From IMG/VR virus record IMGVR_UViG_3300045988_068596: a DNA stretch of 64,000 nucleotides; one strand, 5' to 3'. The notes beneath the pieces were generated by a model. It was not told the DNA's origin. It did not search any database and saw only the letters and a list, made by a program, of their open reading frames with translations. This document shows, in pieces, positions 59,064 to 64,000 of the stretch. The position numbers and the translations under genes were made by a program. How positions within the stretch are numbered: the stretch's first letter is position 1; every line of letters begins with the position of its first letter. The DNA comes from a virus.

Positions 59064-59092
59064 TTGACATTAAACAATGTACAGGCTATAAT
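59064..59092 (+). promoter_or_regulatory. Early promoter TATTGACATTAAACAA...TATAAT (second of the tandem pair).
   Basis: TTGACA-17-TATAAT, followed by the conserved GCTTGTAAGATAAA motif. Confidence 0.6.
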
Positions 59093-59126
59093 AAGCTTGT
59101 AAGATAAAACGAAGGAGGAATTTACA

Positions 59127-59363
59127 ATGGAAAAACAAAAACAAGTGATTACAAGAAAACAGTACGAGGAGATTATGGCACGTTATAACAAAATAGACTA
59201 TGCTATCATCGCAGGGTTCATTATCTTTGGCACAGTTATCTTTGGTTTTGGTGGATTTGTCTTTATGGCTATTGTTGGTGCGTTCACGTTCCCACGTATG
59301 AAACAAAAAAGCGTTAATTTAATGGAACAAGACTACATTGTTAGAGATGACATTCAACAGTAA
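59127..59363 (+). CDS. Small membrane protein (78 aa).
   Basis: RBS aaggaggaatttacaATG. Hydrophobic 'IIAGFIIFGTVIFGFGGFVFMAIVGAF'. Confidence 0.45.
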   Translation: MEKQKQVITRKQYEEIMARYNKIDYAIIAGFIIFGTVIFGFGGFVFMAIVGAFTFPRMKQKSVNLMEQDYIVRDDIQQ

Positions 59364-59372
59364 GCTTAATTG

Positions 59373-59401
59373 TTGACTATGAAAATTACAGGTGTTACTA
59401 T
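59373..59401 (+). promoter_or_regulatory. Promoter TTGACT-17-TACTAT.
   Basis: Near-consensus promoter upstream of the XRE-like gene. Confidence 0.5.
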
Positions 59402-59424
59402 AATGGTACAAGGAGGACAAAGAA

Positions 59425-59673
59425 ATGGCAGAAGCAAAAAAGAGCTATTCTGACATGACAGAGGAGGAAGCACAATATGCAATGGTATTAGGTGCTAGAA
59501 TCGCTCATGCACGAGAAGGGTTAGGTATTAGTCAAGGAGAACTAGGTAAGTTAGCAGGTTTCAATCAAACAACTATCTCTTTAATTGAGACAGGTAAACG
59601 GCTACCTAACTTAAAGACCCTTATCAGATTGAGTAAGATTCTTAAAAAAAGTTTGAAAATTACATTGGAATGA
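59425..59673 (+). CDS. XRE/Cro-type helix-turn-helix transcriptional regulator (82 aa).
   Basis: HTH_XRE pattern 'LGARIAHAREGLGISQGELGKLAGFNQTTISLIETGKR'. Confidence 0.6.
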   Translation: MAEAKKSYSDMTEEEAQYAMVLGARIAHAREGLGISQGELGKLAGFNQTTISLIETGKRLPNLKTLIRLSKILKKSLKITLE

Positions 59674-59705
59674 GGTAGAGAAAATAAAACAGGGGGAGAT
59701 TTATT

Positions 59706-60146
59706 ATGACAACGAAAGTAAAAGAAACAAAATCAAAAGTAAAGAATGGTGAACGTACACCGAAGGAATTTGTAGCAGGGATGAAACGTAGTAAGAAAGA
59801 CTTGTCACAAACGCAAGTGGTAACTTCTTTAATGGAAAACTATCCAGAACTTACACCAAAAGACATCCAAGAAATTACAGGTATTAAACGTGGAACTATC
59901 TATACAATCCAAAGTCGTCTACGTAGTGCTCATCGTAAGGAACATACAAAGACCGCAGATACGCCACATATGGATAAAGTAGAGTCTATTAGTGAAACCA
60001 TGAGTCCGGAAGCTATTGGTAAACAAGACTTATTCAATCGTTTAGCTGATGTATACTTAAAGAAGATTGAAGAAACCGAAGATATTGAAGAAGCTAGCAA
60101 ATATAATACGTTACTTATTCAAGTGATGGAAAGCTTAGATAAATGA
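59706..60146 (+). CDS. Hypothetical protein, possibly DNA-binding (146 aa).
   Basis: RBS gggggagatttattATG. HTH-like segment 'IQEITGIKRGTIYTIQSRL'. Confidence 0.35.
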   Translation: MTTKVKETKSKVKNGERTPKEFVAGMKRSKKDLSQTQVVTSLMENYPELTPKDIQEITGIKRGTIYTIQSRLRSAHRKEHTKTADTPHMDKVESISETMSPEAIGKQDLFNRLADVYLKKIEETEDIEEASKYNTLLIQVMESLDK

Positions 60147-60236
60147 TAGCAGGATTCTATTTATATAATTTAAGAGTCCTGATTCTACCGTATATTTAAC
60201 AGGAATGTGCGGTAGAATTTTATTTACATAAACCTA

Positions 60237-60265
60237 TTGACAATAAACAATAAATAGGATACTAT
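60237..60265 (+). promoter_or_regulatory. Early promoter TATTGACAATAAACAA-TACTAT followed by ATACATGTAAGATAAA.
   Basis: Conserved early promoter family. Confidence 0.6.
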
Positions 60266-60298
60266 ATACATGTAAGATAAATATAGGGAGATGTTTAA

Positions 60299-61045
60299 AT
60301 GCAAACAGAAACTAAAAATTTTGAAGTTATACGTAAGACAGATGATTTAATTTATTATCACTTTGCAAAAGAAAGTAGCTACGCTATCAGTAAGGTAGAT
60401 AAACAAGAGTGGGAAGAGGCAATGACTGAGTATGTGAATGATTTTCTTGAACAGGCTTACGGAAACATTCCACCTATTTCAGTGTATATTAACTCTAGGC
60501 TTTCTAGAACATTAGGTTGGTTTCAATATTATTTGAAAGACAAGGATAAACCTCCATATATTGAAGTAAGTAGCAGGCTAGTAAAAAGTGCGATTCTACT
60601 CACAGGTACTGAGCACAAGGAACTTGCATACACAGTAATTAACGACCTGTTAAGACATGAAGCTATTCACTATGCGTTGTATGTACTAGATAAACCTTCT
60701 AGTGATGGAGACGATACTTTTGAGAAAGACTTGTTTGTAACAGGGACATCCCCTAGCCTAAGTACACCAGAGTATAAAGTATATAAAAACGAGTTTCCTA
60801 GACTACTATGTAAATACTATGCAAAGTGTCCTGTATGCGATACTGTGCTTGCTTATGAGACCAGAGGACGTTACTATTGTATTCATAGATGTGTAGAAGA
60901 GGGGAAAACACATCCAGTCATCTTTAGACCTAAGAATGAATTAATCATTGGGGTACAGCCCCACGTATCTTACGGGAGAAAACTACTGGAAGGAACATAT
61001 GATGGAGCAGTTAAAGAATCTTACAGAAAGGGGATAGTTAACTAA
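60299..61045 (+). CDS. SprT-like zinc metalloprotease domain protein.
   Basis: HExxH motif 'RHEAIHYALY' plus the C-terminal zinc ribbon 'CPVCDTV...CIHRC'. Confidence 0.45.
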   Translation: MQTETKNFEVIRKTDDLIYYHFAKESSYAISKVDKQEWEEAMTEYVNDFLEQAYGNIPPISVYINSRLSRTLGWFQYYLKDKDKPPYIEVSSRLVKSAILLTGTEHKELAYTVINDLLRHEAIHYALYVLDKPSSDGDDTFEKDLFVTGTSPSLSTPEYKVYKNEFPRLLCKYYAKCPVCDTVLAYETRGRYYCIHRCVEEGKTHPVIFRPKNELIIGVQPHVSYGRKLLEGTYDGAVKESYRKGIVN

Positions 61046-61590
61046 TGGAAGTTAAAATAGACTTAACATCGGGTACAGCTACAGTTATTTTTAATGATAG
61101 TCCTACAGCAATAATAGAAAAATATCGTCATTCTATCTCATATGATGAAGTAAGTAATTACCGTAAAAGAGGGCATACAGTTTACTACGCTAACCCTGAG
61201 TATCGAGACCCCTACGTACTTAAAGATAAAGTTGTAGGTTCCAATTGGAAAGAATACATTGATAGCATGAATGAATTGCGGGAACAAATTACTCTAGCAG
61301 AGAACATAGGTATTACAGTCACAAATAAGGAAAGCTATGAAAAAGTATACAAACGAGCTTTAAAACAGTATGCACAGTTACTAGAAAAAGGAAAGCAAGA
61401 AAATAAACACAGACGTTTAATTAAGTTACTCTCTTCTCAGGACTACGAAACTTTAGTAACTTTAATAGAAACAGCTTCTTGGCATCTGTTAGACCACTAC
61501 GAGTACGAACATGCACCAATCCCACCGAAGGAGCAAGCTGTTATTGACATAAAAACTAAGTGGGATACAATAAGTAGAATAGAGGGATAA
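61045..61590 (+). CDS. Hypothetical protein (181 aa).
   Basis: ATG overlaps the upstream stop (TAATG). Confidence 0.4.
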   Translation: MEVKIDLTSGTATVIFNDSPTAIIEKYRHSISYDEVSNYRKRGHTVYYANPEYRDPYVLKDKVVGSNWKEYIDSMNELREQITLAENIGITVTNKESYEKVYKRALKQYAQLLEKGKQENKHRRLIKLLSSQDYETLVTLIETASWHLLDHYEYEHAPIPPKEQAVIDIKTKWDTISRIEG

Positions 61591-61608
61591 TATTTCCCTC
61601 TAAAATTT
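61581..61608 (+). terminator. Terminator-like hairpin agaggga-taatattt-ccctct followed by aaaattt.
   Basis: Stem-loop overlapping the gene end. Weak T-run. Confidence 0.35.
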
Positions 61609-61619
61609 AAACATATCTA

Positions 61620-61648
61620 TTGACAATAAACAATAGAAGAGTTATACT
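61620..61648 (+). promoter_or_regulatory. Early promoter TATTGACAATAAACAA-TATACT.
   Basis: Conserved early promoter family. Confidence 0.6.
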
Positions 61649-61674
61649 ATGTATGAAGATAAGGAAAGGGAGAG

Positions 61675-62007
61675 ATGAAAATGTTAAACTTTAATAAACA
61701 CGTAACAGCAGAAGATATTATCAGAGATGGAGAATACAATGATGCAGTTGTAGAACATATTATTGGAGAACTTGAAACAAGTGATAAGAAAAAATTAGCT
61801 CTATTCAAACAATGGATTGCAGACAAAAAAGAAGATGGAGACACGGAAGCTGTTGAATACTTTAAAGGTATGACAGACAAAGAAATTTTGGTTTACATGG
61901 ACTTAGACGAAATTGTAGAATACTATGAAGAAACAGGTCTTGCAGACTTTGCAGATAGTTTAGACATTGACTGGACAGGTTTACTAGAAAGCTTTGGAGT
62001 AGAATAG
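61675..62007 (+). CDS. Small acidic protein (110 aa).
   Basis: RBS aaagggagagATG. Confidence 0.4.
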   Translation: MKMLNFNKHVTAEDIIRDGEYNDAVVEHIIGELETSDKKKLALFKQWIADKKEDGDTEAVEYFKGMTDKEILVYMDLDEIVEYYEETGLADFADSLDIDWTGLLESFGVE

Positions 62008-62018
62008 GGGGAACCAAC

Positions 62019-62663
62019 TTGAACACAGAAAACAGAGTAAGAAGAGGGAGACCTCGTAAATATCCAGAGGGAGCTAAACGGGTAGACAATACAAGTTTGA
62101 TAGTCACAAAGAAACAAAAAGAATACATTGGTAATATCGCAAAGTTAAACAAGGAAACAGTAAAAGAGACAAGTAACAGGCTACTAAAAGAAGTTTTAGA
62201 TGGCAAGTTTGATTACTTGTTAACACCTATTGTAGAAGAAGATGTACCATCTGTGCCAGTAACAGTGGATAGGAAGTTGACACATGAGGTACAGAAGTAT
62301 TTAGAGGGTTACAACGAGAATGCTTCGGAAGTAATACGGAAAATAGTGGAGGAGTTTATGATTATGACAGACAGAACACTGAAAGTAGTTGGGGGTTACG
62401 AACTGGGGGTAACTTCCATTACAAAAGAGCTTAAACGATTTTGGTTGAAACCTACAGAGGAAGCAGAAGAAAATATGTTCTTTATGGATGCCTCCATTCA
62501 ACTAGATGTGGATAACCGACATGTAGTCATTCGTGAAAAATCTATGGGTGTCCGCTCAATCAGTCAAATGGAAGAGCTTAAACGCTACAAAGACCAACTG
62601 ATAGAGACAGCTTCACAATTACAGGATGCACTGGATACTTACGTTGCGAAACATTTAGGATAA
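62019..62663 (+). CDS. AT-hook-containing protein (214 aa).
   Basis: N-terminal 'RVRRGRPRKYPEG' matches the AT-hook core RGRP. TTG start with RBS tagggggaacc. Confidence 0.4.
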   Translation: MNTENRVRRGRPRKYPEGAKRVDNTSLIVTKKQKEYIGNIAKLNKETVKETSNRLLKEVLDGKFDYLLTPIVEEDVPSVPVTVDRKLTHEVQKYLEGYNENASEVIRKIVEEFMIMTDRTLKVVGGYELGVTSITKELKRFWLKPTEEAEENMFFMDASIQLDVDNRHVVIREKSMGVRSISQMEELKRYKDQLIETASQLQDALDTYVAKHLG

Positions 62664-62770
62664 ACTTTTAGGATATAGGATAGGATAAACAGGATAGGAT
62701 GCGTTTAGGATAGGATAAGATAGGATAAGATTCACTTAGGATAGGATAGGATGAAAGGAGACAGGATATA
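62654..62770 (+). repeat. Long GGATAGGATA / UAG-triplet purine repeat array (~11 UAG triplets) spanning the stop of the 62019 gene through the Shine-Dalgarno of the 62771 gene.
   Basis: Sequence ttTAGgataTAGgaTAGgataaacaggaTAGgatgcgttTAGgaTAGgataagaTAGgataagattcactTAGgaTAGgaTAGgatgaaaggag. Confidence 0.6.
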
Positions 62771-63220
62771 ATGTTAAGTACAGCAGAATATGATTCACTT
62801 AGAGAGTATTTAGTAGCCGTAATTCATAACCAAATTAGTGAGGATGAGAGAGACACACAAAGCTTAGACGTATGGAAGGAAGAGGTTGACAAGCTGACAG
62901 TAGACAATTGGAGAGAACGTTGCATAAACCTAGCAGATTTGTTATATGTAGATACTCCCGCTTCACTGGCAGACATTTACAAAGATTATAAAGAGGAGCT
63001 AAACGAAATACTCAGAGATTACACAGATGAGCTACGTGCAGGAGCTACGTTCAATAAGGTAGCTGACGAGCGCCTAGGGTGGATGTGGGAAGACTATGAC
63101 CCATTAATACTAGAAGCACATAATCAAGGTCTAGTGGCTCGTTTAGGGCTTCTAATCGTTGCTGAACAACTTGCTACTCAATTAGAACAAGGGACGTTTA
63201 CAATACCATATGATAACTAA
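62771..63220 (+). CDS. Second cassette gene: soluble acidic protein (149 aa).
   Basis: RBS aaaggagacaggatataATG. Confidence 0.45.
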   Translation: MLSTAEYDSLREYLVAVIHNQISEDERDTQSLDVWKEEVDKLTVDNWRERCINLADLLYVDTPASLADIYKDYKEELNEILRDYTDELRAGATFNKVADERLGWMWEDYDPLILEAHNQGLVARLGLLIVAEQLATQLEQGTFTIPYDN

Positions 63221-63380
63221 GTAACAGGCTAGCCTAAGTAGCAGGCTAGCTTTTTTCTTCTAAGTAGCAGGTTAGCTAAAATCTTCTAAGTAACGGGCTA
63301 CAGTAAAAAAACTCTAAGTAGCGGGCTACAAAAATCCTCTAAGTAGCGGGCTACAAAAATCCTCTAAGTAGCGGGCTACA
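63217..63380 (+). repeat. Array of seven ~16-17-bp iterons (consensus CTAAGTAGCGGGCTACA) with a ~25-bp period and conserved AAAATCCTC spacers in the 3' copies.
   Basis: Copies at 63217, 63234, 63261, 63287, 63315, 63340 and 63365. Each contains the palindrome GTAGC-GG-GCTAC. Confidence 0.7.
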
Positions 63381-63519
63381 AACAGCTTATAAAATCCCGA
63401 GGCATACCATCCGACAACCAGACCCGTCACCTTTGCCCGTTCAATATGCCACCACTTAAACCCATTTTTTTTCTTATATATAGAAGAAAAAAGTTTTTCA
63501 TCTTTTTTAGTGTTTTCTA

Positions 63520-63548
63520 TTGACATTAAGAAATAGGCATGATATAGT
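63520..63548 (+). promoter_or_regulatory. Early promoter TTGACA-17-TATAGT, followed by an RBS-like aaaggag with no ORF.
   Basis: First of tandem promoters upstream of the 63679 gene. Confidence 0.5.
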
Positions 63549-63606
63549 ATAGACAGTTAAAGAAAGGAGAAACAAAAAAATAAATAAAAAAATTTAAAAA
63601 AAGTTA

Positions 63607-63635
63607 TTGACATTAAACAATAAACACTATATAAT
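63607..63635 (+). promoter_or_regulatory. Early promoter TATTGACATTAAACAA-TATAAT followed by AAACATGTAAGATAAA.
   Basis: Conserved early promoter family. Confidence 0.6.
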
Positions 63636-63678
63636 AAACATGTAAGATAAATAAGACAAAAGAAAGAGGGAACTAAAA

Positions 63679-63954
63679 ATGGAAAAACAAATTATTGTAA
63701 ACTTTTTGAAAGAGATTGAAAAAAATATTAAAATGGTAAACAGAGGCTTAAAATCTGAAAACGAAACTCACAGCGAACTTGTTGGCATGTATGACGGCAT
63801 TAAGTTAGCAATGAAAACAATCAATCCCGACACCGTAAACATTGACTTACATTATACACGTACAATCATAGAAAACTATTTTGTAGGTACTAATGAACAA
63901 AAAGAAAACGCCCTAGAAGCTTTACAGCTTGCGTTATCAGTCGCAAAAGACTAA
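63679..63954 (+). CDS. Small early protein (91 aa).
   Basis: RBS agaaagagggaactaaaaATG. Confidence 0.4.
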   Translation: MEKQIIVNFLKEIEKNIKMVNRGLKSENETHSELVGMYDGIKLAMKTINPDTVNIDLHYTRTIIENYFVGTNEQKENALEALQLALSVAKD

Positions 63955-63964
63955 CATATAAAAC

Positions 63965-63995
63965 GGCGGGACACGTTCCCGCCTTACATAAAAAA
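63965..63995 (+). terminator. Terminator-like hairpin ggcggga-cacgt-tcccgcc.
   Basis: 7-bp GC-rich stem. A-rich rather than T-rich tail on this strand; it could act bidirectionally. Confidence 0.35.
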
Positions 63996-64000
63996 AATTA

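Noticed and set aside
59425-59673. Lysogeny module (XRE/Cro-like repressor implying a temperate lifestyle).
   Set aside because: No integrase, excisionase, CI-like repressor with peptidase domain, or attachment site is seen. The gene sits among host-takeover-type early genes behind a constitutive-type promoter. It is more likely an early transcriptional regulator of a virulent phage.
1090-62501. All minus-strand ORFs in the track (for example 1090-1353, 9955-10365, 11686-12093, 18167-18544, 20550-21095, 26425-26889, 45892-46257, 61862-62206).
   Set aside because: Each lies completely inside a longer, well-supported plus-strand gene with RBSs and domain motifs. None has a convincing RBS, and several are mirror images of low-complexity plus-strand regions (for example the Ser-rich 56461-56724 opposite the poly-Glu tract). 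They are treated as spurious antisense ORFs.
63217-63380. Possible CRISPR array (regular direct repeats).
   Set aside because: The repeat unit is only ~16-17 bp and the spacers are 9-12 bp and nearly identical to each other (aaaatcctc). This does not fit CRISPR repeat/spacer geometry. The same repeat recurs at 58923 flanking another gene. It is interpreted as an iteron or protein-binding array.

Overview
The window looks like a contiguous 64 kb stretch of a large virulent myovirus of a low-GC Firmicutes host (Bacillus-type; SPO1/Bastille-like Herelleviridae organisation). Supporting signals are AT-rich DNA (~37% GC), essentially all genes on the + strand, AGGAGG-type RBSs, and canonical sigma-A TTGACA-17-TATAAT promoters. 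Four modules are visible in order.

1. Tail and baseplate module (1-17.2 kb):
- A large tail protein truncated at the window start.
- An 803-aa tail protein followed by a 96-aa gene and an unlisted 48-aa gene.
- A possibly PBSX XkdQ-XkdU-like baseplate block (by inference) with a LysM+gp25/W-like wedge protein and a J-like protein.
- A 1549-aa receptor-binding fibre with internal duplications and a Big_2 domain.
- An 1152-aa tail protein.

2. Free-standing HNH endonuclease at 17.3 kb.

3. DNA replication and recombination module (18.7-42 kb):
- SF2 helicase, DnaB-like helicase, SbcD/Mre11 and SbcC/Rad50, DnaG-type primase, dUTPase-like protein, Hjc-like resolvase, HU-like protein.
- A family-A DNA polymerase split inside the ExoII motif by a ~730-nt group I intron that carries an HNH homing endonuclease.
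- RecA/UvsX-like recombinase, a sigma-factor-like protein and an SPP1/XhlB-family holin.

4. Accessory and early region (42.6-64 kb):
- Big_2 protein plus a truncated paralog, a metallophosphatase, PD-(D/E)xK-like proteins, and a nucleotidyltransferase-fold gene translationally coupled to a 575-aa partner.
- From about 53.6 kb, a host-takeover-like early cluster of small genes, each behind a near-identical strong promoter (TATTGACA(A/T)TAAACAA...TAtAcT, then ACATGTAAGATAAA).
- This cluster contains an XRE/Cro-like regulator, a SprT-like protease, an AT-hook protein and a 768-aa poly-acidic protein.

Most unusual are two gene cassettes with the same flanking architecture. Upstream of each gene is a GATAGG/UAG-triplet purine array that overlaps the Shine-Dalgarno. 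Downstream is an array of about 25-bp-period iterons (CTAAGTAGCGGGCTACAAAAATCCT), each containing the palindrome GTAGC-GG-GCTAC. Also notable are inverted repeats that bracket promoter -10 hexamers and pair with RBSs, a conserved TRTGTGTGCTATAWT element, and an AT-rich inverted-repeat region upstream of the helicase operon. No tRNA, CRISPR array or integrase could be recognised by eye.
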